A stretch of DNA of 64,000 nt, taken from NCBI GenBank assembly GCA_951406725.2, contig OX597834.1:6200001-6264000 (forward strand). The letters are read 5' to 3'. Source of the stretch: Octopus vulgaris (taxonomy: Eukaryota). Within the stretch, counting starts at the first letter, position 1. Every line of letters begins with the position of its first letter. Below the pieces are notes generated by a model. That model saw only the letters and a list, made by a program, of their open reading frames with translations, made no database searches and had not been told where the DNA came from. The position numbers were made by a program, and so were the translations under genes. Of the stretch, positions 25,431 to 37,595 are shown piece by piece.

Positions 25431-25835
25431 GCATAGGAGTGGGTATGTGGTAAGTAGCTTGCTTACCAACCACATGGTTCTAGGTTCAGTTCCACTGTGT
25501 GGCACTTTGGGCAAGTGTCTTCTACTATAGCCTCAGGCCAACCAAAGCCTTGTGAGTGGATTTGGTAGAGAGAAACTGAAAGAAGCCCGTCGTATATATA
25601 TATGTGTGTGTGTGTGTATATTTCTTTGTCTGTGTTTGTCTCCCAACATAGCATGACAACCGATGCTGGTGTGTTTACATCCCCATCACTTTTGCGGTTC
25701 GGCAAAAGAGACCAATAGAATAAGTACTAGACTTACAAAGAATAAGTCTTGGGGTCAATTTTCTCAACTAAAGGCGGTGCTCCAGCATGGCCACAGTCAA
25801 ATGACTGAAACAAGTAAAAGAGTAAAAAAGAGTAA
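25431..25835 (+). mobile_element. SINE family A
   Basis: Full-length match. Confidence 0.92.
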
Positions 25836-26133
25836 ATTGGTCATCAGAGAGTGTATGCAATCTTTGTTTTTGTTTTCTTTTTATTGTTCTTTATCTTTGA
25901 TCATTTAAAAAAAATTTAATACTTTTGAGCTAAAATTTCTTTGAATTAAACTAAAACATTTCTGTTTTATTTGTAATATATCATTTTTAAAAATTGTTGT
26001 TGTATTTAGGAATGGTCATTTTGCCACTTTAGCCAATAAAAACACACTCACTATATATTTGGCATTAATTTGGTGTTTGGTGTTAATTTGCTTCAGCGTT
26101 ATTTATTTTTTACATTAATCTTAATCTTATTTC

Positions 26134-26178
26134 GGCCAGAGTTCTTTCGTCACACTCCTGTGACCTCATCAGTGGTCC
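26134..26178 (-). ncRNA. Minimal hammerhead with an extra G after the core
   Basis: Minus strand: GGACCA CTGATGA G GTCAC aggagt GTGAC GAAA G aa C TC TGGCC. Confidence 0.7.
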
Positions 26179-26965
26179 TTTGCTTTCTTCTTTCTTATTT
26201 GTGTGTCTCTCCTTACTAACAGTCAGCCATTTAGTATTTTGTATTCCTGTTGTATGTGTCTTCCATTTTCTTATCAAGACTCATTAGTGATTGAACTCAT
26301 GAGGTATAAATCTAATTCGAAAATAAGGTTAAACATAGCAAAGAACAAAAATGTTTTAAAGAAGCAAGAGAATTAATTTCTTAAAAGTTTGCAGTATCAG
26401 ACAACAGAATATTTTTTTATTTACAGTCAGAAATATATTTGAAAAACTGAAAGCTAATGAACAAAATGAGTGCAAAATGTAGAAATTACTCATTTAACAA
26501 AAAAAAATCAAAGGTTATAATACATTGTCAATTTTGCTTAAACTGCTATTAAGTGAATTTTTATATATAAAAAACACTAATTTGTCATTAAATTTTTAAT
26601 GTGTAAACTTGCAGGTAATTAGTCTTTTCATTAAAATTGAAAATAAATAGCTTCTTTGTCATTTTAATTCAAATGTTAATGTAATAAGAAAATATAAAAG
26701 GGCATTTATTACTCTGTTAGTTTTTATATTCTAACTTCCCTGGTAATACTTTTTTCCTTCTTGTCCTGTACTTATCCAGGTTCAATATTTAAAATATTCT
26801 TGCACTCTGCGCCTGTATTTTTCATTCTTGCCTACTTTTGTTTTCCAGGTAATGCTTCTATTATTAGAATTAATTATATTCACCTTTATACGTTTCGTTC
26901 CAGCAATACTAAAATTAAAGCAGAAATGTTTTAGCGTAATACAAAGAAATTGTGAAATCAAAAAC

Positions 26966-27114
26966 TGTTGTGTGGACGCCCCCCAGACGATGAAGTAGGC
27001 TAGCCCAATACGTAGATATAGAGGGAGAAGCCTAGACGTCGACAGAGCAGTAGGAGCAGAGTAGAGTTGAGTAGAGGTCATCCGAATGTGCGACATAACA
27101 GTGGTGACGTGGAT
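26966..27114 (+). mobile_element. Short LTR (135 bp) followed by a primer-binding site
   Basis: Termini TGTTGTGT...ACATAACA (7/8 inverted); then TGGTGACGTGGAT, 11/13 match to TGGCGACGAGGAT, the complement of the tRNA-Ser(GCT) 3' end. Confidence 0.55.
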
Positions 27115-27226
27115 TTTGTAGCTGAAACAGCCACTGTGTAGTATTGAGATATAACAAAAGCATAAGCATGAATTTTAAAAATTTGCAATAAAAAGTTTAA
27201 GAAATACAGAAAAATAAGGTGTACAC

Positions 27227-27652
27227 ACTCTTTTACTCTTTACTCTTTTACTTGTTTCAGTCATTTGACTGCGGCCATGCTGGAGCACCGCCTTTAATCG
27301 AGCAACTCGACCCCGGGACTTGTTCTTTTGTAAGCCCAGTACTTATTCTATCGGTCTCTTTTGCCGAACCGCTAAGTAACGGGGACATAAACACACCAGC
27401 ATCGGTTGTCAAGCAATGCGAGGGGGGGGGCGACAAACACAGACACACAAACAAACACATGCATAGATATATATATATACATATATACGACGGGCTTCTT
27501 TTCACTTTCCGTCTACCAAATCCACTCACAAGGCTTTGGTCGGCCCGAGGCTATAGTAGAAGACACTTGCCCAAGGTGCCACGCAGTGGGACTGAACCCG
27601 GAATCATGTGGTTGGTAAACAAGCTACTTACCACACAGCCATTCCTGCACCT
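27227..27652 (-). mobile_element. SINE family A
   Basis: Full-length reverse-complement match. Confidence 0.93.
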
Positions 27653-27654
27653 AT

Positions 27655-28070
27655 CACACTATCGCATGAACAATTTCAGAAATTTATTTTGTTCCAGATT
27701 TTTCCAAACACCTTCAGCTTCATTTTCCTCAGCTTTTGTTTGGTAGCTGGTCACATATCTGGTCAATATTATACTATTTTCTCCAATATGGCTGACAGTC
27801 AACATTGGCCTGCCATATTAAAAGCAATAAAGGATTGTAACCATTGATACATTTTTTTTTTTGACATTGATAAAGCCTTTTATTACCTTTCGCATTTCTT
27901 GTTAATTTGATATTTTCAGCAAGAGTGAAGAAATTGAATCTTCCTTCAGCTTTAGGGAAACCAAATTGACAATTCTTTACCACAGTTTTACCTTTTCCAT
28001 AAATTCTCCATTCTCTAGGACGTTTTGCTGCATGAATGCATCTGAAAATGCCTGACCAAATTCTAAAGAA
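27655..28070 (-). pseudogene. Helentron/Helitron2-type Rep (HUH/Y2) fragment
   Basis: With two frameshifts: NLVRHFQMHSCSK / CQFGFP...KRLY...INGYNPLLLLIWQANVDCQ / IGENSIILTRYVTSYQTKAE (YxxxYxxK catalytic motif). Confidence 0.82.
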
Positions 28071-28094
28071 TGAGGTTAGATACTGAACAGACTA

Positions 28095-28166
<72 letters not shown>

Positions 28167-28481
28167 TCCTTCTGGAAACTATCTTAAGCATGTTCTTGAG
28201 AATGATTATTTATGTAGTAATCTTTTGTGCCCAATATTTTAAGGAACTTGTTAAACTGTTTTATGTCCTTAACATGTCCCTGTTACCAAAGACTGTATAT
28301 ATGTAATGTAGCAATTTGTAACAACCAATAATTAACGCAACCAAACTTCTACATGTTACTTTTGTCAATCTTTTTCCAAAGAGTGAAACCTGTAAAGTAA
28401 ATAAACATCTTTTAAAATTGCATTTTCAAACCTTCTTTCGTATATAATTCCACTTGTGTGGTACCCTACAACTCCACTTTG

Positions 28482-28521
<40 letters not shown>

Positions 28522-28536
28522 GCTCTCTCTCTCTCG

Positions 28537-28574
<38 letters not shown>

Positions 28575-28592
28575 CTGCTATATATATATCTG

Positions 28593-28632
<40 letters not shown>

Positions 28633-28636
<4 letters not shown>

Positions 28637-28975
28637 GCTCTTGCTTGATGGGACTGGAGTCATCACAGGTTGGGCAGTACCAGAGGTGTCCCCATTTGTA
28701 GAGTCAACCAGCTCCCCACCTACAGCTGGCAGTCCGCAGTCCTGTGCCAGCACCTCTATATCCTCCAGGGTGATATTGAGTCTCTGGACATTTTAATCAT
28801 GTCCAGGCATCTGACATGAAGCGTGCCATGGGCCCTATTCCAGCTTGCTGACAAATCCAGGATAGATAGAGCTCACCAGTCCTGTAAAGCAATTCACCGA
28901 TAAGAAGGCCACTCTAATGTAAAAAAAAAAACTCTTCAGTTTGCTGGTCACTGTAGCTGCCTTGGTTCACTGAGC
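28633..28975 (-). mobile_element. Probable degraded RTE-like LINE 3' end
   Basis: LNITLEDIEVLAQDC-like C-terminus and CAAGCAAG tail abutting (TA)n; weak. Confidence 0.4.
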
Positions 28976-28987
28976 CACTATCTAGAG

Positions 28988-29188
28988 CAGTGCTTTTCAA
29001 CCTTTTTGCTGGAGCGGAACCCCAAGAAAACATTTCACTGGCTCGAGGAACCCCTGTGCAATAATTTAATTGTCTTATGCACACATATCTGCTCAGGAGA
29101 ATTAAAAATTAGTGTCGATTTTAGCACTTTTGTAACTTCTTGCGGAACCCCTGGACTGTACTTGTGGAACCCTGGTTGAAAACCACTG
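28988..29188. mobile_element. hAT (Charlie-like) MITE
   Basis: TIRs CAGTG(C/G)TTTTCAACC; perfect 8-bp TSD ATCTAGAG (NTCTAGAN type) at 28980-28987 and 29189-29196. Confidence 0.93.
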
Positions 29189-29792
29189 ATCTAGAGTCTA
29201 GAGAGTTGGATCAAATTGTGTGGACTGACACTTCACAACTACTAAGAGCAGACAGGAAGAAAAGCCATGCAGCATCAAGGATAAGTTTACATTAACACAT
29301 GAGAGGATGCCACGCTTTCTCATCATTTTCATTTACAAAGAAATTGCCATCATATATACATGTCTGTGTATGTGTTTGTGAATGTGTGCATGTGTGTGTG
29401 CATGAGCATGTATCTATGTGTGTGTGTGCACTCCCACGCACACACATTCTTGTACATTCAAAATAGAAATAGCCATATTTGTTGTCTTATACAAATTTTA
29501 AGGTTTTAAATTATTTTTTAAATTAAAATTTTGGATGGAAATTCTATTTCTATCTTATATCAGAAAAAATTAATCTATATTTGAAAGTTAGTGCTATCTT
29601 TGGAGGTTTAATTTGTTAAAAATTATTTGCTATTTATAATTGCTCTATAATCATAATTATTTTAGAAAATGACATTTTTGTAAAAATATTCTATGGAAAA
29701 TTTATTTGCCAAAATATAGCTCTATAAGACTTCATGGTTCTATAAGAGAAATGAAAGACTAAAAGACAAAAACATTACTGGTACTTCACCAA

Positions 29793-30105
29793 TTATGATG
29801 AGAAGGATTCCAGTTGATGTGATCGATGGAAGAGCCTGATCATGAATTTAATGTGTAAGTGGCTGAGTACTCCACAGACATGCGTAAACTTAACATAGGT
29901 TTCTGGAAGATTCAGCGTGACACAGAATGTGACAAGGCTGGCCCCCTTTGAATTGCAGGTACAACTCAATGTTGCCAGCTCAATGAACAGGAACAATGTG
30001 AAATAAAGTGTCTTGCTCAAGAATACAATGTGCTACTGGGAATCGAACTCATGACCTAACAACCATGAAACGAATGCTCTAACCATGAGGTCAAATGCCT
30101 TCACA
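29793..30105 (-). mobile_element. tRNA-derived SINE family D (CORE-like box)
   Basis: Minus strand: TGGTTAGAGC...GAGTTCGATTCCC...CTTGAGCAAGACACTTTA. Confidence 0.75.
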
Positions 30106-30509
30106 CATAGTTCTATATATGTGCGTGTATATGAATGTGTTTGTGTATGTGAGTGGGTACATGTATACACACCCATGTTTTGAGTTCTATTTTTGTTTGC
30201 ATCACCATGCCCACACACACACATACACACGCACACACACACATATATATATATATATTTTAATTATTTTTTGAGGGAATATAATCCAAAACTTACAAGG
30301 AAAAAGAATTTAATTTAGAAATACTAAATCAAATTCCACACAATATAATATATTTTAAATATTAGAAAAAACCCAACCTTTTATCAATTCAAAATGAATA
30401 ATTAAATTACACCATCTAGAAAATTACATATAATAGAAAAGTTAAAATTAAAATAACAATTAAAAAGTAAAGATTAAGTAAATAACAAGAATAATGTAAT
30501 GTATGTACA

Positions 30510-30742
30510 AGTGCAGATGGCGCATAAAAAACACCATTTGAGCATGGCCATTGCCTGGCTGACCCTCGTGCTGGTGGCATGTAAAAGCACCCACTACACA
30601 TCCAGATTGTTTGGCGTTAGGAAGGGCATCCAACTATAGAAACTCTGCCAGATCAGATAGGAGCCTGGTGCAGCCATCTGGTTCACCAGTCCTCAGTCAA
30701 ATCATCCAACCCATGCTAGCATGGAAAGCAAACATTAAACGA
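30510..30742 (+). mobile_element. SINE-like family C
   Basis: TTGGCGTTAGGAAGGGCATCC..TAGAAAC and 3' tail. Confidence 0.85.
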
Positions 30743-30809
30743 ACACATATATATATATATAAACCCTCCTTCTTCCCTTCCTTCCTGAGCATCCAATAAT
30801 ACTATATAT

Positions 30810-30876
<67 letters not shown>

Positions 30877-31322
30877 CAACTTTTTGCTTGACCTTCTCTT
30901 CCTTCCCTATCTCCCTCTCTCTCTCTTACCCCTCCTCATCTCTCTCTCACAGCCGCTTGTCTTCCTCTATCTCTCTCTCTCTCACTCCTCCTCATCTCTT
31001 TCACAGCCGGGCGAGTTGCTTCCTTTCGCCGCTGGCATTCTAACAGTGAACACTGTACTTTTAGCGCTCTTAGAATCTTTCCTCGTGTAGGCCAGCATTA
31101 AGGGCCTCATTGTCTGTGTTTTTGTTTGTTTTATTTCTTTTACTGTATTTTTCGTACTTGTAATTTTATTCTGTATTATTATTTTCTGTATTTTTATTTT
31201 GTATTTTATTTTGTAATTTTATTTGTATCGTTTTTTTGTCACATGTTTAACTTTCCTTGTTTTTACCCCTCTGCGAAGTAATTTTATTTAATTCCTTCGC
31301 AGGAAGGACTAATTCCACGAAT

Positions 31323-31382
31323 CGTGTTCTGTCCAACCTTCGAAAGACGCTGGAGTTGAACTAGGGACAGCTGATGAAGGGG
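31323..31382 (+). ncRNA. Non-circularly permuted hammerhead candidate, copy 1
   Basis: CGTG-TT-CTGTCC aa CCTTC-GAAA-GACG, 15-nt linker, GGACAG-CTGATGA-AGGGG. Confidence 0.6.
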
Positions 31383-31852
31383 ATTTTTCCCTGTGTAGTT
31401 TGTCTTGTACTCTGTTTTTTTCGTTTAGGTCCGTTTCCACGTTTGTATTTTTACGTTTTCGTTTCTCATTGAGTTCTGCGTCTATTTGTGGTGTCCTGTA
31501 CTCACGTATATATATTTATATATGCATGTATATATACATGTAGATGTAGGTACATACTTATATGTATGTATGTATGCATATATTTTGTTTATTACAATAT
31601 ATATATATATATATACATATATATATACACACATATACATATATTTATACATATACATGTCCTGAAAACTCACAGTCTTGGCTTTGTTATCTCTTTTTGC
31701 CTAGGAGTAGATAAAACAGGGGACAACTGATGGAGGGAATGTTCTTTATGTTCCCGTTTTTCATTTTGTTCAGGTATTTTTGATGTCCTGTACCCATATA
31801 TGCATGTATATATACATATCTAGGTATGTACATATATGTATGTATATATGCA

Positions 31853-31887
<35 letters not shown>

Positions 31888-31952
31888 GCATATATATATA
31901 TGTATATGCATATATATATATATATATGCATATATATATGCATATATATATA

Positions 31953-32024
<72 letters not shown>

Positions 32025-32098
32025 TATATTGGTAAAAACGGTAAGAGAACAAAAGAAAGAAAGAGATCTCAATATTATGTAAATAGAGGAAATTTATC

Positions 32099-32300
32099 TA
32101 TACAATTATATGTTACATTACTCGATAGTCAAGATAAAACTCTGAGTTTCAGATGCTGAAGTGGAAATCCACAACACCATCTCTTCAGTTATCTGGAAAT
32201 AGCCAGATAACTGAAGAGATGGTGTTGTGGATTTCCACTTCGGCATCTGAAACTCAGAGTTTTATCTTGACTATCAAGTAATGTAACATATAATTGTATA
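32099..32300. repeat. 98-bp-arm near-perfect palindrome (spacer 32197-32202)
   Basis: Arms are reverse complements with 2 mismatches. Confidence 0.95.
32205..32267 (+). ncRNA. Type I hammerhead (mirror copy on the - strand at 32132-32194)
   Basis: AGATAA CTGAAGA GATG...CATC T GAAA CTC A GAG TT TTATCT. Confidence 0.75.
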
Positions 32301-32800
32301 TATATATTTATATATATATATATATATATATATACATACAATATATATATATATTATTTATATTATTATATGATTGAACACCACACATCCATTTCCAAGA
32401 AAGTTTTATCTTAATAATTCAGATGTCCACTCTACACTCGCCATTCTCCCTTCGTTTATTTTGCTTTCTTTCTGTTTTCTTCTCCTCTCCTTCAACGTTC
32501 TCTTCCTCTTCCTCTCTCTCCCTCACTCTTCCTCCCTGACTCTCTCATTGCTCACACATGACCAGTGACTATCCTTCTTCATTCCTCTCGCTTTACATGA
32601 GATAAGACCTACTTTTGCCTGACTCTTGTCAAAGCTTTTTTCTCCAGCATTCACCACTTCATCTCGTTATAGCTTAACAGCCCTTAGAGTTTATTTTTAC
32701 TGTGTTGTTCTTACTGTCCTGTTTTTGTTACCACTTTAACTTGCCACGAAATCCCAAATTTTATTCAATTTGCTTTGCGGGAAGGACTGTTTTAATAAAG

Positions 32801-32862
32801 TCGCATCTTGTCCTAACCTTCGAAATGCGGAGTTGATAAAACAGGGGACAACTGACGAAGGG
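32801..32862 (+). ncRNA. Non-circularly permuted hammerhead candidate, copy 3 (best preserved)
   Basis: CGCA-TC-TTGTCC taa CCTTC-GAAA-TGCG, 16-nt linker, GGACAA-CTGACGA-AGGG. Confidence 0.7.
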
Positions 32863-32999
32863 ATTGTTCTTTATGTTGCCCGTCTTGTTTCCCTATTTGT
32901 TTCTTTTGTTGTCCGAAAAAAAAGTTCATTTTCCATGTTCTTGTTGTTTTTTTATGTTCCCATTTTTCCTTTTTTTCATGTTTTTTTGACATCCTGTAC

Positions 33000-33149
33000 A
33001 CATATATGCATGTATAATTACATATATATGTAGGTATGTACATATATGTATGTATATATATGCATATTTATATATAAATTATTTATATTATTATATGATC
33101 GAATGCCACGCATCCATTTCCAAGTAAGTTTTATCTATCTATCTATCTA

Positions 33150-33188
<39 letters not shown>

Positions 33189-33211
33189 ATACATATATAC
33201 ACATATATATA

Positions 33212-33243
<32 letters not shown>

Positions 33244-33274
33244 CAAACATATATATACATACATACATATATAT

Positions 33275-33305
<31 letters not shown>

Positions 33306-33659
33306 GACATATATAAGCATACATATTAAATAGAATTCTTAGAATTGTTGTAGAATGGTAGAAGAAAACAAAACCACAGCATCTGACCTTTATAAATACA
33401 TCATCATTACCATCATCATCAACAACTACAACCAGAGCACAATCATCACCATCACTAATATAATCTTTATTATCATCGCCACCATTAACCCTAACCCTAA
33501 CCCTAACCACCACCTTCATCACCACCAGCATTATTGTAATATATGATATTACCAGGGAATATCCAGGTGTTTAGGATGTGTTACTAAATGAATCTAACTT
33601 GTATTATGGCAACCTTCACGGATGTTCTGGCTAGGAATAACAACATTGTCAGAGCTGAT

Positions 33660-33725
<66 letters not shown>

Positions 33726-33887
33726 ACTATCTATCTATCTATCTATCTATTTTTATTTATCAACAATTTTTTTATTTATCTATATGTGTGTGCCTACCAT
33801 ATATGTATATGTATGTATATAGTTACACAAGATATATATATATATGTATATATATAAACATATACATGTATATATATATATATATAT

Positions 33888-33944
<57 letters not shown>

Positions 33945-35170
33945 TACATAATATAAATGCACACACACACATATATATATGTGTGTGTGTATATATATAT
34001 GTATATGTATATATGAGCGTGTGTGTGTGTTTACACAGAGTTAGTGAGAGAGTTAGCGAGAAGAGAAATGGGGGTGGGTAGGGCTCATCATTGCAAACAG
34101 TGTAGCCAGGGCTCTCTCGGCAGTGTCCCTTAGAGGAATCGATCAATACAAGAATTGATGAGGATCAGTTGTCTTGTCAAAAACATAATATGTCAAGAAT
34201 GGAGAGCTTTGGAAAGTTCCACAAAGAAAAGTGCTCCTCCCCAACACCTGTGTGAATGCGTGCACGTCTATACACACACACACTCACACACACACATACA
34301 CACATACATACACTCACACACATGCACATATATATATATGCAAACATGCACATACATATATGTATATGTATACACACACACGCATATATATGCACACACA
34401 CACATATAGAATATACACAAGCACACATTTTCCTATATATACATATAAGCACATATATACATATATATCTTTTTATGTATATACATGTGTGTGTGTGTAT
34501 AGTGAATACATGTATGCATGCATGTTTGTATTATACACTTTCTTATACTTTTTGTTTTGTTTCTCTGTTATTCTACTTCTTTCTTTTCTCCCATCTTTTT
34601 ATGTCTCTCTCTCTCTCTCTCTATACATACATCTACATACACATATTTTCATTCTCCCCTTTTTCGCACACATACAATCACTCACACACATATTTATACA
34701 CCCGCAGAAACTTCAACGGCTCTTCTTTGTTGCTCCTCCTCCAACCTCCTAATGTATAACGATAAAAGCAGAATATTCCCCTCCTCCTCCACCTCCTCCT
34801 CTCCTCTTCTGCCTCCTCCTCCTCCTCCTTCACCCTCTTCTGCATCCTCCTCCTCCTTCACCCTCTTCTGCATCCTCCTCCTCCTTCACCCTCTTCTGCC
34901 TCCTCCTCCTTCCCCCTCCTCCTCTTCCTCCTCGTCTCTTTCTTCTGCCTCCTCCTCTCCCTCCTCCTCCCTCTCTTTTGCCTCCTCCTCCTTCCCCCTC
35001 TTTTGCCTCACCATCGTTGTGTTATTGATGTCACTTTCATCATCATCATCATCCTTGTCCACATTATTGTTATCAGTGCTATCATCATCATCATCATCAC
35101 CACCACAACCACCACCACCATCGTCATCATCATCATCATCATCAGCGTCATCATCATCATCATCACTATC
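33000..35170. repeat. Mixed (TA)n, (CA)n, (CT)n, (TATC)n, (CCT)n, (CAT)n microsatellite cluster, including a short (CCCTAA)3 at 33487-33508
   Basis: Direct reading. Confidence 0.9.
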
Positions 35171-35639
35171 ATGACCAACTCTCCTTTGCTGTCACTCTGA
35201 GTACAAAAAATAAAAAAACCTCCCCCATCACCCTTGTTACTATGACTGCCACCTTCATCAAACAATGTTACGTTGCATCTTTCCAGTCTCTTTGTCTCTT
35301 CCTCTCTCTCCCTCTATCTATCACTCTCCTTTAGATACATACACACATATATATGCAAACACACACACACACGCACACACACACACACACATTTAGGCAC
35401 ACACCCTATTTGACATGATTTTCTTTCTATTCCAGATAAATTTCCTTCCATCTCTTTCTCTCCCATTACAAACACACGGACACCTATAATTTTTCTCATA
35501 CAAATATACAGAAATTCATGCATACATACACATTGTATGTGTGCATACATACATGCATGCATACATGCATAGCATCATGTGCACCACGAATTTGCACTAA
35601 AGCCTCGAAGTACTCAATTTCAGTGAAGGAAGCCAAGGA

Positions 35640-36830
35640 GGGCAGAAGAGAGGAAGGAGCAGGAGGCACAGGAGGAGGAAGGAGAGGTGAAAGAGGAGGA
35701 GGGAGAAGAAGATAAGGAGGAGGAGGAGGAGGAAGCGGAGGAGGAGGAAGATGAGGGAGATGAGGGAGATGAGGAGGAGGGGAAGGAAGCCGAGGAGGAG
35801 GAGGAAGAAGAAGAGGAAGAAGGGGAGGAAGAAGGGGAGGAAGAAGGGGAGGAAGAAGAGGAGGAAGAAGAGGAGGAAGAAGAGGAGGAAGAAGAGGAGG
35901 AAGAAGAGGAGGAAGAAGAGGAAGAGGAAGAGGAAGAAGAAGAAGAAGAAGTAGAAGAAGAAGAAGCGGAAGAAGAGGAAGAGGTGGAGGGAGATGAGGA
36001 GAAGGAAGAATAAGAGGAGGAAGAGGAAAGGGAGGAAGAAGAAGTGGAGGAAGAGAAAGAAGAAGATGAAGATGAGGAAGAGGTGGAGGTAGAGGAGGAG
36101 GAGGAGGAGGTAGATGAGGAGGAGGAGGAGAAGGAAGAAGATGAGGAAGGGGAGGAAGAGGAAGAAGAGAAGGAGGAAGATGAGGAAGTGGTGGAGGAAG
36201 ATGAGGAAGGGGTGGAGGGAGAAGTAGGAGGAGGAAGATGAGGAGGAGGAAGAAGAGGAGGAAGAGGAGGAAGAGGAAGAGGTGGATGAGGAAGATGAGG
36301 AGGAGGAAGAAGAGGAGGAAGAGGAGGAAGAGGAAGAGGTGGATGAGGAAGATGAGGAGGATGAGGAAGATGAGGAAGTGGAAGAGGAAGCAGAGGATGA
36401 GGAAGATGAGGAAGATGAGGAGGTTGAGGAAGAAGATGAAGCAGAGGAGGCAGATGAGGAGGAGGAAGAAGAGGAGGAAGAGGAAGAGGAAGAGGTGGAT
36501 GAGGAAGATGAGGAAGATGAGGAGGTTGAGGAAGAAGATGAAGCAGAGGAGGCAGATGAGGAGGAGGAAGAAGAGGAGGAAGAGGAAGAGGAAGAGGTGG
36601 ATGAGGAAGATGTGGAAGATGAGGAGGATGAGGAAGATGAGGAGGATGAGGAAGATGAGGAAGTGGAAGAGGAAGAGGAAGATGAGGATGAGGAAGATGA
36701 GGAAGATGAGAAGGTTGAGGAAGAAGATGAAGCAGAGGAGGCAGATGAGGAAGTAGAAGAAGAGGAGGAGGAAGATGAGGAAGCAGATGAGGAAGAAGAA
36801 GGGGAGGAGGATGACGAGGATGAAGATTTC
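35640..36830. repeat. 1.2-kb purine-rich (GAG/GAA/GAT)n tract
   Basis: Direct reading; explains the poly-E/D, S, P and R/K ORFs. Confidence 0.95.
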
Positions 36831-37348
36831 TTCTTAACATACTCTTTGTGATCATCCACCAGAGATATTTTCTTAGTTCACCTTGAATTTAACCAATTTT
36901 TGGTTCACCCTAATAATGTTTTTGTCAACACATATTTTCGAATATGTATCAATTTGGCTGCTGTTTCCTGCATGTAAAGATGCTGACATAACACATACAA
37001 TTATTGATATTGAATGGTGTAATCAGTAATTAAAGACGTGGTTTTCTCCATCCTTATTCTAGTTGTCTTGTACTCCAAATTTCAAGAATTCCTTCTAAAC
37101 AATATTTGGATTTACTTGTCACACATCAGGAATTACCTTTGATGATTATTCTACTTGCTTTTATTGGCCTCTGATTATTGGATTATTGGATATAGTTATC
37201 TGGATTTGCTTAACATTGAGTGCTTTATTGATATCTACCTGGATATATTTTAATGCCCTTTTACTTCTAATACACACATACACTTATGTATGTATGTATG
37301 TATGTATGTATGTATGTATGTATGTATGTATGTATGTATGTATGTATC

Positions 37349-37585
37349 TGTCAGGCATGTGGCAGGGAATGTATTTCGGCCGGAGGACTTAAATGACATG
37401 CAAAGGTACATGAAGCCCAGTTACAACTACAGCCGGCTATTACCAGTAAAGGTTTTAGATGCCAATTCTGTACAAGACATTGTAGATCTTTATCTGGGCT
37501 AAAAAGTCACATTCAATCACAGCACCAATAACAGTTAAGCTTCATGCAATGGCCATACTCAATAACGAGGGGGCAGCTATCATGT
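37349..37585 (+). mobile_element. RTE/BovB-like LINE extreme 3' end with two C2H2 zinc fingers
   Basis: CQACGRECISAGGLK*HAKVH...FRCQFCTRHCRSLSGLKSHIQSQHQ* (37349-37531); (TATG)n tail. Confidence 0.75.
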
Positions 37586-37595
37586 ATGTATGTAT

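Larger units (their letters stand above)
30880..33005 (+). repeat. Three diverged same-orientation copies of a Penelope-terminal-repeat-like family (about 30880-31505, 31670-31796, 32360-33005)
   Basis: Shared GGGACA(A/G)CTGA(T/C)G(A/G)AGGG block and shared end TCCTGTAC.CA followed by TATATGCATGTATA. Confidence 0.75.

Noticed and set aside
27219-27746. Recurrent ORFs with RLPNPLTRLWSARGYSRRHLPKVP or EDTCPRCHAVGLNPEPCGW
   Set aside because: Antisense translations of SINE family A, not a gene family
35597-36859. Long poly-Ser, poly-Pro and poly-Glu/Asp ORFs (up to 420 aa)
   Set aside because: Open in several frames on both strands because they are a trinucleotide purine tract; the acidic frame is broken by stops and frameshifts
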